Source: Octopus sinensis
Lineage: Eukaryota
DNA: 64,000 nucleotides
Direction of reading: 5' to 3'
Assembly: GCF_006345805.1 (NCBI RefSeq)
Contig: NC_042999.1
Span: 102,176,001 to 102,240,000 of the forward strand
The translations under genes and the position numbers were made by a program. Below the pieces are notes generated by a model. The model had not been told where the DNA came from and did no database searches. It saw only the letters and a program-made list of their open reading frames with translations. This document shows positions 53,060 to 64,000 of the stretch, piece after piece (within the stretch, counting starts at the first letter, position 1; each line of letters starts with the position of its first letter).

Positions 53060-53275
53060 AAGGGAGCGAGCTTAGCAGAATCGTTTGCACACCGGGCAAA
53101 ATGCTCAGCAGCATTACGTCCGTCTTTACATCCTGAGTTCAAATTCCGCCGAGGTTGAGCCTTTCATCCTTTCGGGGTCGATAACCTAAGTTCCAGCTGA
53201 ATACTAGGGTCGACGTAATCGACTTACCCCATCTCCCGAAATTGCTAGCCTTGTGTCAAAATTTGAAACCAACAT
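53060..53275 (+). mobile_element. SINE family A-related copy
   Basis: GCAGAATCGTT.GCACACCGGGC..CTGAGTTCAAATTCCGCCGAGG..CGGGGTCGAT. Confidence 0.8.
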
Positions 53276-54059
53276 ATAACGAAAGGAATTTAGGCGTTCG
53301 TAACATATACCCAGATTTTTCAGAGTTACATTATTCTTAGACCATTTCTAAATTAGCCCGGCCACACCACCGCAAGTTCATCCCATTTCCTTTCTCCTTT
53401 TGGAGATCTTAGTCGAAAAAACAGAAAGTCCCATAATCAAAAACCTGATCTCGTAATAAACCCACTTCGATCTGCATCGCCTCTCCGGAGGACAAGGTCC
53501 TCTTAAAGTGACATTGAATCGTCTAAAGAACAGGGATAAGCTCTAAAGAACTAGATTAGAGGAAACTTTAAAAAAGCTGAGCTAAGCTGGGATTGGTGAA
53601 AGCCAAGGGAATCGAGAAAGGGATAGTTAAAGAAATATGACTAGTGCAAACTCTATCACCATCATGCGATATTTGCAAAGCGTTGGTAGTAGTATAATAA
53701 TTACTCATCCTTTCTTCATCACTGGTGTTCTCTCTTCCCATCCGAAGGGTGTGTACGTGCGTGCGTGCGTGCCTGTGTGTGTGTGTGAGTGCTTGCGTGC
53801 GTGCATGTGTGTATGTGTGTGTGTTAGTGGTTGTGGTGGTATTGGTGATGTCGGTTGGGTTTTGTTGGTGCTTTCTTGTTGTTGCTTTATAATCTTGCGT
53901 GCATTAGTCTATATAGTTTTGTAGTCCATATTTCATTGTTGTTGTTGTTGTTGTTGTTGTAACTGCTGCTGCTGCTGTCGTTACTTTTTTTTTTTAAATG
54001 ATAATGATGTGGATGAGAAATAAAAATCCATAATATTAAAATAATAAGAATACTAATAC

Positions 54060-54186
54060 CGAGGAAGATGATGATGAGGGTGGTGTTGATAACAAGTACA
54101 ACTATAAAACAACAACAACTACTACTACTATCACCATCACTACCATACCACTACTACTACTACTACTACTACTAACACCACTACTA

Positions 54187-54228
<42 letters not shown>

Positions 54229-54245
54229 TTACTACTACTACTAAA
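54060..54245. repeat. (ACT)n/(ACC)n trinucleotide tract
   Basis: Read directly. Confidence 0.9.
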
Positions 54246-54581
54246 ACACACTGAAAGGCTTATCCTCCACATCTGGAACCATTCTAGCCTTTGATGCATG
54301 CTTATAGAGTCATGTGCGCGTGAATGCGTGTATACAAGCGTGTGTGTGTGTGTGTGTATATGTGTGTGAAAGAGACAGGAAGGATAAAGAAAGAGAGAAG
54401 GAACGTGAGAAAGATGTTACTGTTAAGCAGACATACAGTCATATACAATATATATATATATAATATATATATAATGGCATTTTTAGATAAGCTTAAAGCT
54501 TATGGCGATCACCGCGCAATGACTAACGAAATTAGTCTAATAACAGAGCATATAAGCACTCGATAGAAAAAAGAAGGATTT

Positions 54582-54650
54582 CCTACCCGCGTGGGACTCG
54601 AACCGACGTCCTTTGTTAACGCGATTAAGTGTGCTACCATTACACCGACA
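54582..54650 (-). mobile_element. tRNA-like Pol III promoter sequence (SINE head or tRNA pseudogene)
   Basis: CGGTGTAATGGTAGC (A box) and GGTTCGAGTCC (B box); acceptor and anticodon stems do not pair. Confidence 0.6.
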
Positions 54651-54861
54651 AATTTAAGAACGATATTAGTTCGTATTTGTTTTATGTAAACATACATTGT
54701 ATATATGCTTTCGGTGCCAATGGTTTTGTTATACGGCGCCACCGAAAGCATATATGTGTGGTGTGTGTGTGTGTGTGTGGTGTGTGTGTGTTGTGTGGTG
54801 TGTGTGTGCGTATGTATGTATGTATACATACATACATACACACACACACACACCATATATA

Positions 54862-54905
<44 letters not shown>

Positions 54906-55170
54906 ATCACCGTGATCACCGTGACCGACCAGGCTATCAGATGTTGCTACACATCGCTGGTCACAATGCGCTTCTCATTGTTTTAGCCTTCAAATGACGC
55001 CACCCCGCTGGCTAAGCGAGCAGGCCAACAGAAGAAAGAGTGACAGAAAGTTGTGGCGAAAAAGTACACCAGGGATCGCCACCAACCTCTGCCGGAGGAT
55101 CGTGGAGCTATAGGTGTTTTTGCTCAATAAACACTCACAACGTCCGCTGCCATAACCACCATTGCGCCTC
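54906..55170 (-). mobile_element. tRNA-derived SINE with deleted head segment
   Basis: Minus strand starts GGAGGCGCAATGG..TGGTTATGGCAGCGGAC, followed by TGAGTGTTTATTGAGC; flanked by microsatellites. Confidence 0.7.
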
Positions 55171-55410
55171 CACACACACACACACACACACACACACAAT
55201 AATATATATAGTGAATGCATGTTATGGCCGGTTCATAGGGTTACCCAGGGTTTCGCGTCCATAAAGAGCTTAGGTTCACATACGTCTCGACAGACACTAC
55301 ACACACACGCACGCACGCACACGCACGCACACGCACGCACACGCACGCGCACGCACACGCACATGCACACATGTATATATAATTATATGCGTATATATTT
55401 GTAAATAATC

Positions 55411-55497
<87 letters not shown>

Positions 55498-56813
55498 TCT
55501 GTCTGTCTGTCTGTCTGTTTGTCTGACTATATATACATATTATACGCGTATATACGTGCATATATATATATATATATATACGAATATATGTATGTGTGTA
55601 TATATACACACATATATGTATGCATATACGCTTGTATGTTTTGTGTGTGTGTGTATGTGAATGTGTGTGCACGTATGTACAGATGCGCGAGAATAAATCT
55701 TGCAGTCCTACAAGCTGGTGTATTCATTTGCCCACCGTACACATTCTATCACACACAAAGATACACAGACACAGAGTCTCTCGCTGTCAAACACATAACA
55801 ATGTATCACTTATCTCCAAACAAAGATTGCCTGCAAAGATCAGATTTGCCCCTAGCATGTAAATTAATTAAGTGAAATAAATATTAATTTCTTGAAATTA
55901 TTTCCCCCTTCCTTTGGCATTTTATTGGGAATTTTTTGCGTGCATCATTCAGTACATTAACTCCTAACGTACTTATTCATATATTGACACATACATATTC
56001 AATTACACACGCTGTTTCACTTTCTCTTTCTTTCCCCTCCCTTTTCATCCCCTCAAATACATATATACACATAGTTGCAAACGTATTCGTATAGCACTCA
56101 CAAGCTCACCTAGACGCACAAACACGCATGCATCCATCCATGCATCCATTCATCCATCCATCTATACATACATACATACATACATACCTACCTACATACA
56201 TACATACATACATACATACATACATACATACATACATACATACATACATACATAATACCTACGGACATATGTAACATACATATGTAACACATTACCGAAT
56301 TACCATTCATGAGAAATTAGGCTTCTCAAAATCAGAAAGGAGAAAGCTTATTCGAAGATCCATGCCATCACTGGAACTGTAAACATCTGTAAAACTTTTT
56401 ACAAGTTTATCATTTAAGTATATATGAGCATGTCTGCAAGATATGCAAGTATATGCATGAGAATACACACATTAAAACAAAACATGAAAATATGTACATA
56501 TGCATACATACATACAAAAATACCCTGTTGTTGCTGTTGAAATTCCAACGAAGGAGAGTTGGATCTAGGTTAGAAACCGGCTCCTTCTCAGTGCCAAGAA
56601 ATTTTGAAATAAAATTAAATAATGACACACATATATGCATATATGTACATATGTATACATATGTGTATGTATATACGCACACATAATACATATATAGATA
56701 TATGTATATACTAATATATATATATATATAATATATATATATATATATAATAGATATATATAATATATATATATAGATATATATAATATATATATATTAT
56801 GTCATATTTATTC

Positions 56814-56878
56814 ATTTTATAGAAGGAGCTTCTACAGGACTAATAAACAGTTCTAGTCCGTAGAAGCTCCTATAAAAT
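56814..56878. repeat. Imperfect inverted repeat (hairpin)
   Basis: ATTTTATA-gaa-GGAGCTTCTAC-a-GGACTA / TAGTCC-GTAGAAGCTCC-TATAAAAT. Confidence 0.85.
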
Positions 56879-57892
56879 AAATAAATTTTACTCTGCTATG
56901 TATTGAGTACTTTATTTACTGTGGTTAACCCCGACTCAACCCGGGGTGTGCGCGCGGGGATATATATGTAAATGTATGTATGTATATGCACGCGTAGGGA
57001 TGGCGACGGTTTCTTTCCTTAGCTTGACTGAGTATGTGAATAAAAACATTTTAGCCATGTATTCCTGCGCATATACACAAGCGTCAATACATGCATGCAC
57101 ACATACTAACATACATGCTCTCCATCCATGTTTCAATCCGTCGATGCATGCATATATAAATTCATAATGCATACACGCGTCCGTCCTCCGTCTATCCATC
57201 CATCCATGCATCAAATCACCCATCCATCCATCCATCCATCCATCCTACCATCCATCCATCCATCCATCCATCCATCCATCCATCCATCCATACATACATA
57301 CATACATACATACTACATACGAGTGTCATGTATATGAACAACAGAGACAAATACAAATATATTAAATGCCGTACAACATAAATTCATGCTTTATTAAGAT
57401 AATTCTCATCGCCTCTATTGGGATGTATAACGAATAACAAATAGCATTTAAGAAAATCTGCTTATGAAAAGGGGAGACAATCGCAAGACAATCTCTTACG
57501 TTGACAATGGCTACCACTAAGAAAAAAGAGCAGGCTTATTGTTTAGAGATAAGAGGACAATGGCATGTATATGAACAACATATAAGACAGACATGGATGT
57601 ATCAAATACAATACAGAAAACTTATTGGTTTATAACAATTATCGCCGCCTCATGTTGATGCATTACAGTTACCAAATGGTGACTACATCTGTGTGTGTGT
57701 ATTAATCAATCTATGTGTGTGTGTATATATGTGTGTGTATATATATGTGGGTGTGTGTATATATATATATATGTGTGGGTGTGTGTGTTATATATATATA
57801 TATATATTATATATAATATATATATATATATTATTATATATAATATATATATTATATATATATATATATATATTCATACATACACACATACT

Positions 57893-58040
57893 GTGGCTGT
57901 GTGGTTAGAAGATTGCTTCCCAACCGCATGATTTCGGGTTGAGTTACATATTCGGCAAGTGTTCTCTGCTATAGCCTCGGGCCGACCAAAACCTAGCGAG
58001 TAAATTTGGTTGACGGAAACTGAAACAAGCTTGTCGTAAA
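57893..58040 (+). mobile_element. SINE family B
   Basis: GTGGCTGTGTGGTTAGAAG.TTGCTTCCCAACC head. Confidence 0.85.
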
Positions 58041-58139
58041 CATACATGCATGCATACATACATACATACATACATACATACATACATACATACATACATA
58101 CATACATACGCACACTCACACACACACACATTTGTGTGT

Positions 58140-58340
58140 TTGTGTTTGTCACCCAACTATCGCTTGACAACCGATGTTAGTGTGTTTATATTCCCGTAAC
58201 TTAGCGGTTCGGCATAACAGACTGATAGAATAAGTACTAGGCTTACAAATAATAAGTCCTCGGGTGTATTTGTTCGACTAAAGGCGGTGCTCAAGTATGG
58301 CGGCAGACAAATGACTGAAACAAGTAAAAGAATAAAAGAA
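58140..58340 (+). mobile_element. SINE-like family C
   Basis: TATCGCTTGACAACCGATG..AAATGACTGAAACAAG with (AAAGAAT) tail. Confidence 0.85.
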
Positions 58341-58347
58341 TATATCT

Positions 58348-58505
58348 AATGGCATGACTGTGTGGTAAGGAGCTTGCTTCCCAACCATAGGGTTCCGGGT
58401 TCACTCCTACTGCGTGGTACCTTGGGTAAGTGTCTTCTATTTTAACCTCGGGTCGACCAAAGCCTTGTGAGTGGATTTGGTGGACGGAGGCTGGAAGCCC
58501 GTCGC
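58348..58505 (+). mobile_element. SINE family B, full length
   Basis: TGTGTGGTAAGGAGC..GGTTCCGGGTTCA..CTCGGGTCGACCAAAGCC..AAGCCCGTCG. Confidence 0.9.
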
Positions 58506-58522
58506 ATATATATATATATAAT

Positions 58523-58560
<38 letters not shown>

Positions 58561-58914
58561 CTAATAAAAAGGGTTCGGCAAAAGAATTGCGTCGCCGCAT
58601 ACCGAAGTTCAGAAATAGCAGCCAAAATCTTAGCCATTTCTTCTACTTTGAAAAGGGTCTTCCAGAGAACTCAAAATACTTGAAGTTTAAACATACAGGC
58701 AGAGGGTAAAGACCGTGTTAGCGGTCATGTTTTCATACCGAATCCTACTTGGTGAAATTTATTGATTACTTCTTAATTAATTAATTTTATTTTTGTTATT
58801 ATATATATATAGATGGGATCTTTTCTAAAAGATAAAAGATCCTATAGATGTGTGTGTGTGTATGTGTATATGTATATGTTTGTGTGTGTATGTGTATATG
58901 TATATGTTTGTGTG

Positions 58915-59115
58915 TCTGAGTTTGTCCCCCACTATCGCTTGACAACCGATGTTGGCGTGTTTACATCACCGTAACAAAGTGGTTCGGCAAAAGTGACCGA
59001 TAGAACAAGTACTAGGCTTACAAAGAAATCCTGGGGTCGATTTATTCGACTAAAGGTTTTTACTCCAGCATGGCCGCAGTCAAATGACTGAAACAAGAGA
59101 ATAAAAGAATTAAAG
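58915..59115 (+). mobile_element. SINE-like family C
   Basis: Near-copy of 58140-58340. Confidence 0.85.
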
Positions 59116-59628
59116 AATGCGCGCTCGCGCTCGTTTACATGTGACTTTTCTTTGAGTTTAAGTTCTTGAGAAAGCTCAAGTTGTCGCTAAGAAAGCGATG
59201 TATGTATGTATGTATGTATGTATGTATGTATGTATGTATGTATGTATGTATGTATGTATGTATGTATGTATGTATAGTATAGTATAGTATATATATATAT
59301 GCATGTATATGAACGGAGGAATGTATAGTTGAAAGCGTTCTGTGAGGACCTCTGCTTTAACTTTGTAACTTTTAGCGATGACAGTTAAAGAAGTCGATGG
59401 CGCCACACAGCAGAGGTTTGAGTAATAAAAATTGACAAAACAATAAACAAATGATTTCTTGTTTCTCTTCTGATTGGGAGAATAATACATATGGCTTCCG
59501 CCGCGCGAGTGCATGTGAGTGTATGTGTGTGTATATATGTGTGTATATGTGTGTATGTGTGCGTGTGATGTGTGTTCGTGCGTGCATATTTGTACGTGTA
59601 TTTGTATGCTTCCCGGCCAAAAAACAAG

Positions 59629-59740
<112 letters not shown>

Positions 59741-59794
59741 ATGTCTGTCTGTCTGTCTGTCTGTATGTATGTATGTATGTATGTATGTATGTAT

Positions 59795-60005
59795 GTATCG
59801 TTTATCTTTTACGGACTTCAGTTATTGGACCGCGGCCATGATAGGGCACAGCTTGAAGTTTTTTTAGTGGAACGAATGGACCGCAGTACTTATTTTCAAA
59901 GCTAGTTCTTATTCTATCGGAATCTTTTACTGAACTGCTAATTTACGGGGACGTAAACAAACTAACACCAGTTGTCAAGTGGTGGTGAGGAACAAACACA
60001 AAGAC
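59795..60005 (-). mobile_element. SINE-like family C
   Basis: Reverse-complement homolog of 58915-59115. Confidence 0.7.
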
Positions 60006-60022
60006 ACATACATATACATATA

Positions 60023-60211
60023 CGTGTAGGTGCTGAAAAGTTCCTCACTTTAAGGGTGTCGCGAAAGGGCTAGTTGGAGGCCCAACCTTCCGAGTTTTTT
60101 TACAGGGCTTAAAAAAGACTGAAGGAACACTGCAATGAGCGTGTGAATCTGAGAGGGGATCCTCTTGTATTTTCCTTTATCCAAAACCAGGATCCTTTCA
60201 GCACTCCTTCG
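60023..60211 (+). mobile_element. Mariner-derived MITE
   Basis: TIRs CGTGTAGGTGCTGAAAAGTTCCT and (reverse complement) CGAAGGAGTGCTGAAAGGATCCT; TA at both ends; internal LKEHCNERVNLRG resembles a mariner transposase C-terminus. Confidence 0.8.
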
Positions 60212-60603
60212 TACATATACATTGGAGTGGACATCATGTTCGGAAGGAATGACCAGAGGTTCCCTAAGCAGATGCTACCTGGCGAGCCTGTTGTGGAATG
60301 CATCCCCAGTAGAAAACAAGGATTGCGTTGAAGGCATATGAAATATCAAATGTCATTTAGGAAAATAATTCTTGTCATTGCCTTACAATGGAAGAAATAA
60401 ATAAAGGAAACAGTTAGAGTTGGTATTTTCGAAAAAAAAAAACAAACAAACAAAAAAACATGTATTTTTCAGCAGAATTTAAGCAAGCTGCTCAAAAACG
60501 CACCGCCAGTGTAGAGAATGGGTTGAGGTCTTGTCTGCAATATCTGTAGACGTCTATATCTATCAAGAGGTGGGTGGCCTCATTAGTCAACAACAGAAAC
60601 AAA

Positions 60604-60665
60604 AGTATAAAGTATAAATTTGTCTGACTACACAATGTTCTTAATGGTCAGTGATAGTCTTCTTG

Positions 60666-60709
<44 letters not shown>

Positions 60710-60771
60710 CAAGAAGATTATCACTGACCATTAAGAACATCGTGTAGTCAGACAAATTTATACTTTATACT
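60604..60771. repeat. 168-bp near-perfect palindrome with (AT)n centre
   Basis: 67-bp arms (60604-60670, 60705-60771) with two mismatches. Confidence 0.95.
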
Positions 60772-60785
60772 ATATAATATATATA

Positions 60786-60829
<44 letters not shown>

Positions 60830-60928
60830 ATAAAATTTATACTAATATATATATATATAATATGCTGGACATAATCGACTTACTCCCCTCCCCTAAATTC
60901 TGGCCTCGCGCCAAAATTTGAAGCCATT

Positions 60929-60960
<32 letters not shown>

Positions 60961-60979
60961 TATTATTATTATTATTATT

Positions 60980-61395
60980 GAGTGAGAGAGCAGCGCATGC
61001 CATCAAAGTGACATTGGGGTAGAGATATACGAAGTCCAATATACCCATCATGACTATTCGTCTGATAAGAGTACATCAGGCACATGCATCACAACCATAG
61101 GTGTGCGACATGATGAACTCATATGAAGATAAACTGTGCATGACCTTACTGGTAGGGCCCAGTTAAATTTTTTCTTCGGTTCAAATAACTCATACCACTT
61201 AAAAAGTCCCTGAATATGGGTTGTTTAAGAATGTTGAATGAAACACCTGTTTCCAGAATTGAATTATTCAAACCCCAAAGCATTCCTCCCAACACATAGC
61301 TATGATGCTCCCCCACTACTTCGTGATCAGAGAAGCACATATTGTCAGCCACTAAGAGACATGCTCAACTGGCTATGGTCAAACAACTGACAAAT
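60980..61395. repeat. Probable dispersed repeat of unresolved class
   Basis: Follows a (TTA)n tract like other insertions here and has no long ORF. The repeat call rests on my recollection of similar octopus sequence; there is no second copy in this window. Confidence 0.4.
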
Positions 61396-62528
61396 AAAAT
61401 GTGGTATTGAGCAGAAATAATTTGAGAGATACATAAAGAATAGCTTTCTTACATCAAAATGAATTAGATATCTCTTGTAACACATACATAAACTAAATAG
61501 CAATAACCCAGAAACTAGTCCACAGCTGTTGCTTTGCGCTAGGTGGGAGTGCTGAACTCCTTGAAAATATAAGGACAGGGATATTGTGTCGTATAGCCAG
61601 CTAGAAACAACAGTAATATCGTTACTTCCAGGACAGCCACATGATGTTGGCAAATAGCCTTTACTACAAATAAAATGTTTAAAGTTAACAACTGTATGGG
61701 AATACCATAATAATATTTACACAAGTTGTGACATTTATGCATTTCCAAATTGCGACGCAACTAAATTTTAATTATATAAACTCAAGCAATGAAGTCGATT
61801 TAGTCCATTCAGTTCGCCAGGAGGTATTGAAACCGTACAAAACTAATGTACACTAGTTTATAACAAAATGAGAGAGAGAGAGAGAAAGAGAGAAGAGGAC
61901 TGATTATATGTTTGTATTAATTCTAGATATACTGACATAAATACATTTCTTTCTTAAAATATTACTCTATCAAGGGACAACTAAGTGCTCAAACTCAACA
62001 ATATATATTTTCTCCACTTCTCGGACTACTTCAGTGCAGGTCTGTGCAACGTTAATAATGTATTGAATTCAAAAGAAGAATTACTTTCCAAGAAGGTTTA
62101 CATTTCAAAGAACATTTATTGTCAGTGCATAGCTATTGTATTGAGTGTACCATAGTCAAAACTTTATATAGCTGTTAAAACTAATTAAATTAGATGAAAA
62201 ACTGTATAAAGTGGATAAAATTACAATAATCACTTTTATTTTTTCCGTTCTCAAGGCAGAATGTTGTAAATTTCTTTTTTTTTTTCCTCTCTCTTTTTTC
62301 TTCCCTTTGGTGCCTTCTTCAAGACGACAGAAAAAAGTAATTCTTGCAATATTATTCACTTTACACCATTATCCATATAATTTAATTCTATCTAACAACT
62401 AACTGTACACAAAAATACAGCTTTGATTTCAATATACACAATTCAAAGTCTACTGACAAAAAAAAAAAAAAGATTTTTCTCAAAATGTTAATCTTCTTGA
62501 AACGCAATAGCTTATTAAAGTTGTACAT

Positions 62529-62568
62529 ACTTGTACTGAAGATGCCTGAGAAGCTGAAATATACAAGT
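62529..62568 (+). ncRNA. Degenerate type I hammerhead-like motif
   Basis: ACTTGTA-CTGAAGA-TGCCTGAGAAGCT-GAAA-TA-TACAAGT: both core motifs and a perfect 7-bp stem I; stem II is weak and stem III is 2 nt short. Confidence 0.5.
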
Positions 62569-63499
62569 GTTGAAAAGTTGTTGAATCTGATGACTTATTA
62601 AAAGTATTGATTGTGAAAAATTGTTTCTAATTGAGGAAGAAAACCAGAAACTTTAGGTGGGGGAGAAGGTTGTCGATGTCATTATCCCACTACTTGACCA
62701 GCTCTCTATTTTATCTACCCTTGGGGTGATGAAAGGCGAAATTGACCGAATATATACTAGCTTTGTATATAAATTATAAACAATAAACTAAAGTATAATT
62801 CAAAAGATACAGCTAAAATTTGTTGGTATTTCCATACAGGCGCTAAAGACGGTCACTGAACCGTTACCGTTCGGTAACATCCTGACGTTACTTGAGGGCA
62901 CATATATGTTCATGTACGTATTGATTATATGCATGCATATATATGAATACGCACATGCTTGAACGTTGCTGATTCTAGCTATGAATCTAGCTGGTGATGT
63001 TACTCTCATAGTCTACCTACACACATAAACCTATATATATATATGTATGTATGTATATGTATATATATATATTCCCTTTTTCGTCCTTTTTCCCTCACTT
63101 AACTTGTCTCTTCCTCTCTCTCTCATTCTTCATTCTCTCTCTCCCCCTCACCATTCTTCATGGTCTCCTCGCACCATTCCCCTTCTTCTCTCTCTTCCTC
63201 TTGCTCCTCCTCCCCCATTCCCGTCGTCCATCTGCGACGATACTTCCGTCGTAACTGCTATCCTGTCTTTTCTCGCCCGCCTTCTAAGGCCACTGGTCGA
63301 CATTCTTTCTCTCTCGTCGTCCACTATAATCCAGCGTTTGCATTACTTTTTTCGTCTGGCGTAAACAGCCCTTCTTATCTTGTTCTCCTTGTCCTGTCTC
63401 TCACTGTTATATATTTATTTTTCAACTGTTTATATATAATTTTTTTTTTACTGTTTATATGTTTGTCGTTACCGTCTTGCTTTTTTTACCATTTTTTAC

Positions 63500-63752
63500 C
63501 CCTCTGCGAAAAGATCTCAGAATTTTATTTGATTTGCTTTTCGCAGGAAGGAAGTTTCTTCGAAGTATACGTCTCGCTTTTATCCTTCGAAACGTAGAGT
63601 AGATGAAACCTTAGCGACTGAAGAAGGGGATTTTTCGTTGTGCTTATTGTCCTGTATCTCTTTTTTTCTTTTTTGCTTGTCCTGTTCCTTGGTTTGTGTC
63701 TATGTTTTTCGTCTCTCTATGTGTTCGACGTCTTTTTGGTGTCCTGTACACA
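63500..63752. repeat. Dispersed repeat related to family E (inverted)
   Basis: Ends GTCCTGTACACATATAT and contains CGAAAC..CTGAAGAAGG, like the other copies. Confidence 0.5.
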
Positions 63753-63823
63753 TATATGCGTGTATATGTAGAGGTAGGTACGTACATATATGTTTATATA
63801 TATGCATATGTTCTATTTTATTA

Positions 63824-63859
<36 letters not shown>

Positions 63860-64000
63860 TATATATATATGTGCGTTTGTGTGTATATATATATATATGT
63901 ATGTAAAGAAAAGTCTCAATTAGTACCTATAGGGTTTACATATGAAGAATAAAGAATATGGTCTTGAATTTGGACGAAGCCATTGGGTTAAAGCGTTAGA

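Noticed and set aside
54582-54650. Functional tRNA gene
   Set aside because: Acceptor and anticodon stems do not pair; kept only as a tRNA-like promoter sequence.
56290-56370. IHEKLGFSK mariner-like peptide
   Set aside because: Too short, with no TIR or further motifs.

Overview
AT-rich eukaryotic DNA packed with microsatellites and retroposons. The tRNA-derived SINE families and the (TA)n/(CATA)n/(TATC)n load fit an octopus (coleoid cephalopod) intergenic or intronic region; this is an inference from repeat content. I found no credible host protein-coding exon, true tRNA or rRNA, and almost all ORF-track entries are translated microsatellites. Recognisable content: a 4.2-kb Tx1/L1-clade LINE (32909-37147, minus) embedded in a (TATC)n array; two Penelope-like relics (GIY-YIG and RT); a CR1 3' end; Tc1/mariner, hAT and Helitron non-autonomous elements; dozens of SINEs, some stacked or multimeric with exact 18-bp TSDs; several palindromes; and one 100-N gap. 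The most notable signal is a set of hammerhead-ribozyme motifs from several unrelated repeat families. One (6518-6580, minus) keeps every catalytic-core nucleotide and can form stems I-III. The others are mutated or truncated. This points to Penelope-like or retrozyme-type self-cleaving RNA elements. Most SINE and relic boundaries are approximate (about +/-10-20 bp); TSD, palindrome and ribozyme coordinates were counted base by base.
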